From contig NC_043001.1 in the NCBI RefSeq assembly GCF_006345805.1, positions 9,486,001-9,550,000 on the forward strand: a stretch of 64,000 nt of DNA. Direction: 5' to 3'. Each line of letters starts with the position of its first letter. The first letter of the stretch is position 1. The translations under genes were made by a program, and so were the position numbers. This DNA is from Octopus sinensis. Its lineage: Eukaryota. Below, piece after piece: positions 28,085 to 41,889 of the stretch. Below the pieces are notes generated by a model that saw only the letters and a program-made list of their open reading frames with translations, searched no databases and was not told where the DNA came from.

Positions 28085-28136
28085 TAAAAGTTGCTCCGAG
28101 TTTCAGGCAAGCGATCATCAGGAGGGAGCAAACTTT
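28085..28136 (-). ncRNA. Decayed hammerhead-like motif in a pLTR-like module
   Basis: CUGAUGA..GAAAC UCGGA GCA followed by AATAAA and (TA)n; helix II and cleavage triplet degenerate. Confidence 0.4.
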
Positions 28137-29112
28137 TGCAAAGATAGAAAGGATTTAAATGGCGCACAGGGAATCATTTGAAAATAATCAAATAAACATT
28201 TTAAGCAGATTGGACAGTTTGTCACATTTGGAAGTCGATGAAAATTCGACTGGCAGTTAACGAAAATAAAATAAGCATTGACAACGAATGATATAAAATT
28301 AAAAACAAAAATGAGAGTATTACCTCGATGAAGAGAAACAGTTATATTATCTGCTGTCTGGGGAAAATCCAGGCAAAAACCATTTAAGAGGTTTAAAAAG
28401 ACTCTGACAAATGGAGCCGACCATAATCTTTTTTTTAAGGAGCACAGAATTAAATTGGTTTGTCAGATAAATTCGTTCATATCTTTCCATTTATTTTAAT
28501 TCTTTTTCCAGGTATTTGAATTAACACGGAAATATTTTATTTTTGCCGCAGTGCTTTATCGGGGTTTTTTGTAGCGCCATTCTTCTTCTACAACTTTTTG
28601 TTAATCATTTTTTAAAATTTGTATAAATATCACCTTTTTTCAGACGTATGATGACGACGTGCCAAGTAGTAAAAAATACAAACAAATTTATCTGACAGTC
28701 CGGTATAAATACGTGAATGAATAAATACATTTGTTATGCGCGAGGGGTGCAGAGATAGAGAAAGAGGTAAAAGTGGGGCTCATAGGGTGTTTTGTAGGGG
28801 AAGAAATGGATGACAAAATAAAAAGTGAGAATGGCTAAGCATGAAAATTATAAAGCTTTGAAATGCTGAAGCAACGCTAACCATACATACATACATACAT
28901 ACATTCATTCATACATACATACATACATACATACATACATACATACGTGCATACATAAGTACGTACGTAATTACATGCATACACATATATACATGCATGA
29001 ATACATACATATGTAAATATGTACGTAAATACATATACATACATATATACATAAATACATGCATAAATACATCCATACATACAAGCATGTATATATATAT
29101 ATATATATATAT

Positions 29113-29405
29113 ATAATAATAAATATTAGGGAATAAATCCAAACTTACAGGGAAAAATCAGATTTAGGATTGAATCCAATTTTATAGTAAAATATTATAT
29201 TATATTAAATTAGAGATAAAACCACTATTAGGCAAATCATACAATGAAAAACTTAAGCCAATACATAAGATTATTTAATTTATATCATTTAAATAAATAA
29301 CAAAATTATTTAAAAAATATAATTAATATAACACTACGATCGTTTCATGACTGTTAATTTCTTTAAATTTTCGAGTTACAGTCATTCATCAGGTGGTTTA
29401 AATAA
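29113..29405 (-). mobile_element. Penelope pLTR-like non-coding module between (TA)n tracts
   Basis: Carries a hammerhead; homologous to 50765-50945. Confidence 0.65.
29331..29397 (-). ncRNA. Minimal type I hammerhead ribozyme, intact core
   Basis: CAC-CUGAUGA-AUGACUGU(23 nt)ACAGUCAU-GAAA-CGAUC-GUA/GUG; helix III palindrome ACGAUCGU. Confidence 0.82.
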
Positions 29406-29824
29406 TATTATATATATATATAGGTACATAACTTCAAATTGTTAAATATAACAATAAACATTCACACATATACATACTTATAAATACACACACACTAACA
29501 CACATGCACAGATGTATACACACACACATATATTTGACGAGTATAAAAGAAATAGTGAGTTATGTAATCCGGATGCGTGGAGAGAATAAATGGTGGAAGT
29601 GTAGAGAAAGTATGGATGAGACCTGAGATTGAGGAATGTCTAGTATGGAAGGCAAAGTGTGATATAACTGTTAGGTATTTTGTCAGGTGTCACAAAACAA
29701 ATCGAACCCGCAGATACAAATAGAAAAGTCAGAAGTAACAGACACAAAACGGTTTGAAATAATGGAAACACACAAGAAAAATGCATAAATACGAGGAATT
29801 TCGCAACAAAATCAAAGCAGAAGC

Positions 29825-30436
29825 TCTTTCTCTTTTACTCTTCTACTTGTTTCAGTCATTTGACTGTGGCCATGCTGGAGCAACGCCCTTAGTCGATCGA
29901 GCAAATCGACCCCAAGACGTAGTCTTTGTAATTGTAGTACTAATTCTATCGGTCTCTTTTGCCGAACCGCTACGTTACGGGGACGTAAACACAACAGCAT
30001 CGGTTGTCAAGTGGGGACAAACACACAAACATATACATACATACATACATACATACATACATACATACATACATACATACGTACATACATACATACATAC
30101 ATTTATTCATACATACATACATACATTCATTCATTCATACATACATACATACATACATAAATACATACATACATACATACATACATAAATGCATACATAC
30201 ATACATACATACATACATACATACATACATACATACATACATACATTCATACATACATACATATACATATATACGACGGGCTTCTTTCAATTTCCGTCTA
30301 CCAAATCCACTCACAAGGTTTTGGTCAGCCCGAAGCTATAGTAGAAGACACTTGCCCAAGGTGCCACGCAGTGGGACTGAATCCAGAACCATGTGGTTGG
30401 TAAGCTAGCTACTTACCACACAGCCACTCCTACGTC
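29825..30436 (-). mobile_element. SINE family B with expanded internal (TACA)n
   Basis: Consensus halves separated by ~240 bp (TACA)n. Confidence 0.9.
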
Positions 30437-30571
30437 TGAGCAATAATATTTTTTTCTAATTTCTTTTGTAGATGTTACTTGCATAATTTCATAGGATGAT
30501 TAATAAAACACCAAATTCGACGGTCAAAAGGTATTAAGACAACGCAGAGAGTACAACTGAGCTCTGACATA

Positions 30572-30953
30572 TCTTTATATATAAAAGAAAGGTTGTAATT
30601 TAGATTTAGATTCCTAACTACTCCCACATTTTGCGGTGCAGTTTAACCAAAACCGGGTATCTTATAGTCGTGATTCATATCCAGCCCTTCTGGGTATTAG
30701 CGCGCGTCTACGATGAGTCTACGATTTAAAAAAAAATTTACCATCATTTTTTCCCATTTTTAATGCATTCTTTTGCTATTATATAAAGGAAGTAACTCTC
30801 TAAAAATGTATTATTAAATCTCAGAACGTAAAAAACTACAGTAACCACCCCCTTGTGGTTAGCCATATTGAGATGGCTATTAAACTTTACTTTAAAAATG
30901 CTTATATAGTTATTTCCCTTACAAACCCGAGCAACGCCGGGCGATACTGCTAG
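30572..30953 (+). mobile_element. Non-autonomous Helitron
   Basis: A|TC start, hairpin cccgagcaacgccggg (30926-30941), CTAG|T end, no TSD; second copy at 53186-53587. Confidence 0.85.
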
Positions 30954-31098
30954 TATTCCATATAACTTATAATGATAACAATAAAATTTGGTGAAAGTGA
31001 GGAATGGCTATGTAGGTCATATATTCGGTGGAAGAGGTCTTGACACTAAAAATGTTGAAGAATATCTACAACAAAGCAACGATTCAGATGTTCTGGGT

Positions 31099-31329
31099 TT
31101 ACGGTACTCCTTCGAGTATCATAGGTGTTACGTTCCAAAAAACCCCGCGATAGGTGAAAATCCGTAAAATAGAAACAGTACTGTACTGTATATTTTTTTT
31201 AGAATTGTTTTTATAATTTGTTTATATATATTTTATCATAAACCCAAAACACCACCACGGAGGAATTGACGTAAGCTTAAATAATAAACCGCGATCGAAG
31301 AACCGCGATATGGCGAGGGATTACTGTAT
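31099..31329. mobile_element. pogo/Tigger-like MITE
   Basis: Ends tacggtactccttcg ... cgagggattactgta with TA; related end at 48670-48693. Confidence 0.7.
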
Positions 31330-31934
31330 AGCCGATTTTCTTCAAAGAGGATAAAATATTTCTAACTTTAAGATAGTGGATATTGGATGGAATTAGGGTA
31401 TGAGGTATGTATGTACAGGTTGGTTTGCTTTTTATGAAATCGATTATTGGATCTGTAAGGGTAATAAACCAGATTCTTTCAGTAGCCAGATATATTTTGA
31501 GCGACTCGTTGAGGACTTGTTATGTAACTTAATTTTTATGCAGGTAGAATCTCGTCTTGAAGTTGTTTTCCGTGACCCGATGTGCGTCCCGTAAGCAGAA
31601 CTGTTATCGGTTTGGACTTTAGGTACATACGCTGTTCCTTTGGTACTGTAATTGCCATTTAGTGGGCAATTGAAGAGAAATGCAATTGCTTTTAGTATGT
31701 AGCTCATTTTCATTGGATCTGGAGAGTGTTTTTAACCAAGGTAAAGTTCTTGCACCACAAGTAGGATAGGAATAATTAGTAAACACCTTTTAGACACTTA
31801 ATTAGCAATACGACTGTTATAGTGCTCTTCTTTTATAAGACAGCATCAAATCTATTGCCATAGCAATAAGCGTAACTACTGGTCTGTCAGTTTGGTACAG
31901 TATGTCCAGCTAGAAGGTGCGACGAAAATCATAG

Positions 31935-32092
31935 CGGGGTTGCATGGTAAGAAGTTTTCTTCTCAACCACATGGTTCCGGGTTAAGCCCCACAACTTGAC
32001 TCTTTAGGCATGTGCCTTCTACTATAGCCTTGGACAAGTGTCCAAAGCCTTCTGGGTGGATTTGGTCGTCGGAAACTGATAGAAGCCCGTCG

Positions 32093-32154
<62 letters not shown>

Positions 32155-32445
32155 AGTGCGTGTGTGTGTGTGTGTGTGTGTGCGTGTCTGTGTCTATGTG
32201 TGTGTGAGTTTTTGTGTGTGCATGTACGTCTGTATGTCTATGTCTTTGATTTCCCTCCACTACCGTTTGACAACTGGTGTTGGTTTGTTTACATTCCCGT
32301 AACTCAGCGATTCGGCCAGAGATCAATCGAATAAGTACCAGGCTTTAAAGCATAAGTCCTGGGTGGATTCATTCGACTAAAATCTCTTCAGCATGGCCGC
32401 AACCTAATGATCGATACAAATAAAAGATAAAAGATAAAATGATAA
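31935..32445 (+). mobile_element. SINE family B (older copy)
   Basis: Consensus match with internal TA/TG tract. Confidence 0.85.
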
Positions 32446-33733
32446 ATGCCTCAACAGCAAGCGAACGGCATGCACCAGTTCAATAATGGCAACTGACTAC
32501 AAAACGATAAGACATAATCCATATGAAGATACCTTTACCATCGGCCTAGGTTCGCTGGCGCTACACCAACAGCTGCATAAAATTTGGAAAGCTTTTCTAA
32601 CACACCCTGTATAGCGATTTTGTAAAAGCCTCTAACCTTATTTGTGACTCAGATATTGACATAATCCTTTACACACAGAAATCATTATTGATTTTTAATG
32701 ATTCCGCCTGTGTTATAGAAACCGTAGGTGTATTGTTCGATATACCTGCGTGTGGTATATTGGAACTAGATTGTACATAGTTAGAGGTGCATATATTTTG
32801 GATTTTTATCATAGAGAATACCAAAATTTAAGTGTGGATGTATATAGGGATGACAAGTCTATTAGTACTCGCAACATGAACGGCCATGAGCTAGTTTGAG
32901 TCGGGAAGGATTTAATTATATTCTTGCAGTGCATGAATTTAAAAATTACTATGAGTTGCATCGACTTTTAGATTTTACGTTATATCTATAAACTAGTAGT
33001 TTTAAACCTTACCGTAAGCCCAACGAAAGATTGGTTTATATTAATAAGAATTCCAACCACCCGCCTAGTACCTTTAAGAGTAGTATTCATAGTATAAGTA
33101 ACCGAGTCTTCCTACCGTTAGCGGTGGTTTCTATACAGCTTCATCCTACTATCTCTATATATCATATACATTCATATATATAATATATATCTGTTTGTGT
33201 GGCATATACATATACAATTATTTACACATATATATACACACATATATATGTAAAGGTTTATGTAGAAATACATGCATGCATACACACATGCTTATATAGT
33301 AGAACTCAACTAGTGACCGAGCAAGACCACGGCCTAAGTTCAATGCGTCTGTGCAAACATTGCGAGTGTCTCAGAAGTTCCTTTATGTGAAACTGTTTGG
33401 AGGGAATAAATTGCTGCACAACCTTGAAAAGACATTTAAACCACTTAACTATAAAACAGCAACACAAACGAGAATGAGACGACCAGAACCCAACTGTGCT
33501 TCAGGAATTTTATACGAATTAACCTTCTTCTGAAGGAAGTCCTAATGAGCACAAGGGGTCCTTCAGCACCAGTGGTTGAGACGCTAGTTAATCCGTAGCT
33601 AGGACCCTGACCGATGCTACTACACCGAATCAGAATAGATTTAGCAACAATAACGTCTAACAGATGTTTGTACACTCCTCAAAACACTTGGAATCCAGTA
33701 CCAGGATTCACATATATACGTGCATACCTAAGT

Positions 33734-33772
<39 letters not shown>

Positions 33773-34071
33773 TGGACATGTATACATTACCAATGTAGTA
33801 AATGTCCGTATGTTTTGTGCATATGGTGTACCTGAAAGTCATTCTGTTCGTTTTATTTCTTCAACATTTGATGTTTAGTTTTTAATTAACCGTCGCGTAA
33901 TTAAAGTGGATAGCACTTTGACTAGACCAGTTCAAATGTGTTTCGAGGAGTGTGTGTATGTTTAATTGCTATGTACGCACAGACACACACACATAGATGA
34001 ACACACATACACGCATACACTATGCTTATATCTATATCTGTATGCGCGTGTTCATATATTATATGTATATA

Positions 34072-34134
<63 letters not shown>

Positions 34135-35048
34135 GGCCTTTATATCTTTGATTGATATATATATATATATATCACCATAATCTCAATTATCTATTTGGGT
34201 ATATACACACACTCACACACATATATTCTATTATTATAATATATCTATATATTTATATGTGTATACATATATACATATATATATACATGTACATGTACGT
34301 TTGGAAGATATATTTATATGGATGAATACATCCAATGTATGCGTACGTACATACATTATATATGTATACAAACCTATGTATATACAAGCACACTCAAACA
34401 AAATATGGAGTGCTCCTTCGGGCTGTAACTTCCTAAGTAAGGGATGCAACACAACAACAGCAACAACAACAACGAGAAGAGTAAGAAAAGGGCCAATACC
34501 TGAAGTCAATGGCTGTCGAATCCCATGAATTGGCTTCGCCGTGAAGAAGGCATTTCATTCCATAGCAGTGTCATTGTTCTGAAATCGAAAATATGTGGCA
34601 GATTTCTTACCGAGTGCAATCGACCGACCTGAATGGTAAATGGGGAGAGAAATTGAATTGGCACACTTGAGCAAAATCAACAGCACCACCGCAACAACAA
34701 CAATAACAGCGATTACTACGACGACGACGTCAATAATAACAACTATGCATAGGAAAATATATATATATATATTAAAAAATTGATCTTTCAACAACAATGG
34801 AGTGGTTGTTTAAAAGGTTGGTAAGCATTCAAGAGTATTATGGTTTTTGTTGGCGGCGGCGGCGGCGGCGGTGGTGGTGGTGGTGGTGATGATGATGTGG
34901 CGGCGGCGGAGTGGCTGCTGGCGATCGTTCTTACTGTAAAACTGTTTTCCACCGATAGCTGAGAAAAGAAAATCGAAATATATACAACACAAATATGCTT
35001 GCATGTATACATACATAGAAATGCATACATACATACATACATACATAT

Positions 35049-35098
<50 letters not shown>

Positions 35099-36899
35099 AT
35101 GTGTGTGTGTGTGTATACGTATATGTGTATATTTATATATATATATATATACATATATATATTTGCATATATATATGTGTGTATATATATACATATATAC
35201 ATATATGTATATGTGTGTGTATGCATATATGAATATATACTTATATAAATATATATATTTACATATAAATAAATATGTATATGTATTCACATATATATAT
35301 ATGTATGTATATATATATACACATATATACTTATATCTATATATATGTGTGTATATGCGTATGCATATATTAATATATATATTTATATAAATATATATAT
35401 ATATATATACACTCACACACACATATACACATACACATATATTTATGTATATGCACAGAAATTTATCGATGTATGCACACGTTCTTACACATGCGTGCAT
35501 ATATACATGTGTGTGCGTGTATACACATCCATGCGGGTATGTGTGGGTTTCTATAGTTATACGTTAACAAAGGGAATGACTAAAGAATTTTATGTAACAC
35601 GGATGATAATACAGAGCGAGTTATTTCGCAATACGTTTTACTGTAAATTTATTGTAATATATTGCTGTCGTAAAAATAGCGGTGAAATGGCGAAACGAGT
35701 CGATACGGGATTAATTACTTTACAGAATTCATATTAGCTCCGACTTCATATTCCTCCGGGATTGAATTTTGCTTTATTCGTCACTCGGCTGGAATCAATA
35801 AAATAGGTACCAGTTGTATACTGTTGTCGATTTTATCGAATAGATCTTCATTTGTGGAAGTTGGCCTCATGCCCAATCAGAAGAAATCAATACGTACGTA
35901 ATAGATGTAGACAATATGTATGTATAGTGAACGTACACAAATAAATGAAACTCATACAGATGCCAAGATTGAAAACTAAATTTATATTGACATAAATATG
36001 AAGCAATTTTGAGGGACACTATTTCCTAATAAATAGGATAAGGTTCCTTCCAAAAGATGGCGGTGAATTATTGGTTAGAGTATGTATTTACTTTTGTTTA
36101 GAAGACATTTGAAATGTTTTGGGGGAAGAAACGTGATTGGCAGCTAACTTTCTGAATTAATATTAGCCACTAGTCACCGTAAGTTTGTCACGAAATTGAT
36201 AGAATAAATAACCAGATTTCTGGAAATACATTTGAATTTCTGCTACGAACTTGTAAAAGACGTCAGAAAATAGATTAAACGGAAAAGCAAAATATATATA
36301 ATCTGTGAGGAAACTCGTTGTTAAACTTTCTTTGGCAATCACTTCATTGGCAGGTTTCTTGTTTGCTATTTTTTTTACGTATTTTAATATTGTCTTATTT
36401 TAATTCCATTTCTAAAAATCAAGGCGTATTGTTGTAATTAAAGTGAAATCGCATCTTGTCAATTTACGACTTTTTCTAGGTCAGTTTAATTGAGTTAACA
36501 ACACGATGTTTGCAGCACTAAGTCTAGGTTAGGACACTTTGTAATGAGGTTTTTGTTTGTTTGTTTTTTGGGGAAGGGCTGTTATTAAAGCAAAGAAGAA
36601 GAGCATGGCTAATAGCTTTTGCAGGTCTTCCCAAATAAGAAGAAATCGATGCTGTTGGCCAGCAGTTTGAGCGTTGAATGGTAATGCTGTATAGAAAAAC
36701 ATGATGCTGTTCATGTCTGGTTTGATCTCTGATTGTTCGTCTTCAAAGGGAAATGGAGTGCAGTGGTGTGGTGCTCAATTTCAACCTCTGTATTTTTATA
36801 TATATCGGTGTGTATATATATATATATTATATATATATATATATATATTAGCCTTTTCAGTTAGTTATGGGCATGTACCACAATTAGGTCATCCGTATA

Positions 36900-37460
36900 T
36901 TTTAACTGTTAGCATCGTATGTATTGAGTATAGTTTTGCATTTGTCAGGAGTCTCTTGAGTGATTTGTGTTGTCTTTTGCATTTGAGGAGTTTGTGTATT
37001 CAGAATGCTGTTCATTTCCGGGTCTTGAGTGAGCAGAGGGAGATTTTGTACAATTGCGTTGTATACCACATTGTTTCTGGGGTTGTTTTAGCTTGATATG
37101 TATGGGGTGATTTAAAATGAGGAGCAGTGTTTTTGTTTTGATGTCCTTAGTGTGTTTGTGTCCAATTATTTTTGGCACGTTTAATTACATGGTCTCTAAG
37201 TGCGGGTAGGTATTGACGTTCAATGAGCATTATTTTGAGGTCATGTAGGCGAAGTTCCCGAGTAGTTGTATCAGATACAATTGTACAGATCCTTTTGGCT
37301 AGATTGAATGGGATATTTATTTTTGTGTGTTGAGGATGGCATGAGCTGAAAAAGAGATACTGTTTTGAGTCTGTTGGTTTGTAGTGTATGTCAGTTGCAA
37401 TTTGCTTGTTGAATTTTTTTATAATCAAAATGTCCAGAAATGGGAACTATTCATTGCTAT
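36900..37460 (-). mobile_element. Penelope-like RT thumb/linker fragment
   Basis: FPFLDILIIKK..TDIHYKPTDSKQYL..SCHPQHTKINIPFNLAKRICTIVSD; homologous to the 42498 ORF; frameshifted. Confidence 0.9.
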
Positions 37461-37554
37461 ATAAATGTGTAGGAAGGGAGTTTCCTTTGTTTTAGGAGCG
37501 GAGTTCCTCCTTGATAACAAAATATCGAAATTTTAAATTAAAACAACGTACACC

Positions 37555-37688
37555 AGGATTCACCACCACCCCCTGCCGGAGCATCGTGGAGCTTTAGGTG
37601 TTTTCGCTCAATAAACACACACAACGCCCGGTCTGGGAATCGAAACCGCGAGTCCGCTGCCCTAACCACTGGGCCATTGCGCCTCCAC
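37555..37688 (-). mobile_element. SINE family C head
   Basis: Consensus match. Confidence 0.85.
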
Positions 37689-38532
37689 TCCCGTGTGTGT
37701 ATGGTGGGGTTGTGTCTGTGTGTGTTAGTTCTTAGACGTATAGCATCTGTCTTCTCTTACTCTTCGTCTTCTCCATACGGGCTTACTTGTCAACAGAAAA
37801 AGAGATTATTTCCTCTTGCATATTTCAGCATCAGATACAATATGTCGACAGATGTCATAAGAAATTATGTCTTTTTTTCAATCACCACCTGTGCAGATTA
37901 TCTTTATTATTAATATTACAACTTGTATGCATTTGAAATTCAGTAATGCTAAGTCTAATATTTACTTAACTCCGACAAGTGATAGACAATATATTTTTCA
38001 TAAATTTCCGTTCACATTACGCGCTTTTCCGTCCATAAAAATGTGTAAAATGTTTACATATAATACACCTAGCTACTGATTATGAGATTTTACAGGTGAG
38101 GTAAGATAATTTTCATAGTCGCCTTAATTTGTAAAATCTCGTTGCAGTAGCAGAATGTAGAAATTCAAAATGACAGATTTGCGATAAGAACAATCGCATC
38201 AAAAAATTCCCTGAATAAATATTTTTGGTTTTTATTACCATAATCATTAGACTGCGGCCATGCTGGAGCACAGCCATGCAAGATTTTTTGTCGGACGAAT
38301 CAACCCCAGTTATTTCTTTTTTTTTTCTATACGGATATTTGTTCTATAAATTATGTTTGACGAACCGCTAAGTTACGGGGATGTAAACACACCACTGCAG
38401 GTTGTCAAGCGGTGGTGGGTAACACAGATACGTATGTATGTGTGTGTGTGTGTGTGCGTGTGTGTGTGTGTGCATATATATATATATTTATTCAATTAAT
38501 ACAATTTTTTAATTCGTTATGATACGTAGTTT

Positions 38533-38583
38533 GCGCCTCAAGAATGTTTGAGTTTTCTCAACATATGAAACTATTAGTAGCGC
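38533..38583 (+). ncRNA. Hammerhead-like motif with G5C core change (duplicate at 39236-39286)
   Basis: GCGC-CUCAAGA-hairpin-GAAA-CUAUUA-GUA/GCGC. Confidence 0.55.
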
Positions 38584-38964
38584 TTCAATACATGTATTGT
38601 GACCTTTAAATAAATAATATATATACCCAGCCACTTTTTATAGACAGTATATCCAATTGACTACTCCTAATGTCTTCTTTCTTCCCTGAGGAAAAGCGAT
38701 GCATATGATAATATTTATGACCATACCTAGCCATGAGCTATTAACTCACTCTTGTCTTTTATTCAAAATAGACACAGACTTCTAGTCTTAGATTTAGTAG
38801 TTAATAAAGAGATAAATGAATTACAACCCCTTACAAGATAATGACCCCAATAGGTTTCATGCGATTCTTCCATCTTGCATTTTCATTCTTCTTGCACTGT
38901 TAAAATATTTGAGAAAAATTATATTAATGTGCCCTGCTTGTTAACATTCTGTTTATTTATTTGC

Positions 38965-39048
38965 GCAGCTGAAGATTGGTCTGCATTTAAATTGATATAA
39001 TGATTGCATTGTTCAATGAAATGGAGTCGCTTGAAACGGTCGTACTGC
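38965..39048 (+). ncRNA. Type I hammerhead motif, core intact, long helix II with frayed base (duplicate at 39665-39748)
   Basis: GCAG-CUGAAGA-57-nt hairpin-GAAA-CGGUC-GUA/CUGC. Confidence 0.6.
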
Positions 39049-39088
39049 ATCACTACTTGATATCCTGTTGCGTATTTTGATAAATACA

Positions 39089-39155
<67 letters not shown>

Positions 39156-39788
39156 TGTGTGTGTGTGTGTGTGTGCATATATATATAAATTTATTCAATT
39201 AATACAATTTTTTAATTCGTTATGATACGTAGTTTGCGCCTCAAGAATGTTTGAGTTTTCTCAACATATGAAACTATTAGTAGCGCTTCAATACATGTAT
39301 TGTGACCTTTAAATAAATAATATATATACCCAGCCACTTTTTATAGACAGTATATCCAATTGACTACTCCTATGTCTTCTTTCTTCCTGAGAAAAGCGAT
39401 GCATATGATAATATTATGACCATACCTAGCCATGAGCTATTAACTCACTCTTGTCTTTTATTCAAAATAGACACAGACTTCTAGTCTTAGATTTAGTAGT
39501 TAATAAAGAGATAAATGAATTACAACCCTTACAAGATAATGACCCCAATAGGTTTCATGCGATTCTTCCATCTTGCATTTTCATTCTTCTTGCACTGTTA
39601 AAATATTTGAGAAAAATTATATTAATGTGCCCTGCTTGTTAACATTCCTGTTTTATTTATTTGCGCAGCTGAAGATTGGTCTGCATTTAAATTGATATAA
39701 TGATTGCATTGTTCAATGAAATGGAGTCGCTTGAAACGGTCGTACTGCATCACTACTTGATATCCTGTTGCGTATTTTGATAAATACA

Positions 39789-39824
<36 letters not shown>

Positions 39825-39912
39825 CGTGTGTGTGTGTGTGTGTGTGTGTTGTGTGTGTGTGTGGTGTGTGTGAATATGCTTTTTTTTATTCTCTGTTTAT
39901 TTTCTCGTGTTA

Positions 39913-39948
39913 CTTTCTGTTGAAGAGCGTAGGCTTGAGACGTAAAAG
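39913..39948 (+). ncRNA. Decayed hammerhead-like motif in a pLTR-like module
   Basis: CUUU-CUGUUGA-A-GAGC(guag)GCUU-GAGA-CGUA/AAAG; two core substitutions. Confidence 0.4.
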
Positions 39949-41499
39949 ACTTTCCCACCTTCCCGAGCGTTAATACACCTATTTACTGTTTATACACATG
40001 TCTTCGTCTTTTGTTTTTTGTAAATTCCAATTATATATATATAAGCAAAACATTCAAACTCTAGGATTTGAAATAAGATCTCGCTACTGTTAATACCATC
40101 TGTGGATGAAATTTAAAATTGATGGTATCATATAGGAGTAACATTGGTGGTCCGCAGGCAAATACCATTATTCAGCTATAAATTACAAATTTACACGAAG
40201 CGTAAGGATGATTAAAAACATGCACCTGCTAGAAATAAGAGTTGAAGTCTTAATTAAACCACTGTACAGCACCAAGATAACAGAGTAAAACAGTAGGCGA
40301 AGAAACGGAAAGAGTTAATATATTCAAGAGCAGAAAAATAGAAGGTTATGCAGTTTAGGAGATCTTCATACAGAGAACATTGTACACAATTACGAAGACA
40401 ACAACAAGAAATAACAACAAGCGGCTTTCGACTGAAAATGAATCAAATTGAGCTGGAGAGGGATCTTTCAGTTTGTCTACCAAATCCAATTAAAAGCCTT
40501 GGTCAACCTGAGGCTATAATAGAAGATACTTTCCCAACGGGCCACACATTGGGACTGGCCCATGAACCATGTGTTTAGGAAGCAGGCTTCTTACAACACA
40601 GCCAAGCTTTTCCAAAATTAATAACAATTCTAAATAGTTTGCTCTTGTTGAAGGTATTTTATTTTATTTTGTATGAATTAAAGAAAAATGCATTTTACAT
40701 TGTATTGAAATCAAATGAGAATATTTTGCTACAATAATTTTTGAATATTGAAATATTTCTTTCATCCTTTCTTCCCCCACCCGTTCTTCGTAAGAATTGT
40801 CAATTGTTAATAAATCAAAAACATTATAACATATTGATATCATTTCCGATATTTTCAAACCATTTTTGGTTACTTGAATAACAGATTCAGTTTTCACTAT
40901 TTGAACCTATAAATGTTGTAACTTGAAAGTTTATATAAAGAAATATATTTTATTAAAATACCGATATTAATATCAATATCAAATGGTGGTATTGAAAATT
41001 TTGGCATCATAACATCTACTTTCTATCTCTCTCTCTATCTCTATCTCACTCTCTTTCCATATATATATATGTGTGTGAGTGTGTGTGTGTTTATCTGTCT
41101 GGTAACCTGTCTGTCCCATGTATATGTTCATGTGTGTGTGTGTATGTTTGTGTGTTGTATGTGTGTGTGCTTATATATTATACATGTATATATACATGCA
41201 CACATATAATATATATACATCTGCACATGTATATATGCATACGTATATTTAAAATTAAGCATATATGTCTATACGCATTATATGTATTTGTATTTCCGTT
41301 GAGGCCGACTTTGCCTTCCATCATATCGGAATTAATAAAATAAGTACCAGTTGAGTATTAGGGTCACTGTAATCGACTGAAACCCTTCCTCCAACATTTT
41401 GGGCCTCATACCTGTTGTAAAAAGGATTATATATATATTTGTATTATATGTATATATATATATAATTATATATATATTTGTATTTATACAAATTGCATT

Positions 41500-41540
<41 letters not shown>

Positions 41541-41889
41541 GAATGTGTATTTCTTTCTTTCGGAAATTTTGCCATGTCGTAACTATTCCTGGTACAAACA
41601 ATTAAACTGAGTGTCTGAGTGTGGAAGAAGACAGAAAACATAAACAGCAGGAGTTAAAATAAATCTCCTGGTCTTATAATATATTTTCTAAGTAATCCTA
41701 TCTTGCATCACCATTAACAGCATTATTAATGAAAGTAAACCAACTTATATATTGTATCAGATAAAACAATGAAATATCCTTTAAGAATCAGGTGTGTATT
41801 GTAGAGAGATAGCGATTACTAAATACTTGAATATCGGAAAAACAGGAAATCACAGCATAGTCTGTATCAGTATTAATTCAACATCTAGA

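Larger units (their letters stand above)
38440..39870. repeat. ~700-bp direct tandem duplication
   Basis: 38487-39092 is nearly identical to 39190-39792; differences seen are single-base indels. Confidence 0.95.

Noticed and set aside
34500-34578. Splice-site-bounded 79-nt segment on the minus strand
   Set aside because: Stops in all three frames and a weak donor
40640-40900. Possible hAT dimerisation-domain relic
   Set aside because: Too degenerate to support without an HMM search
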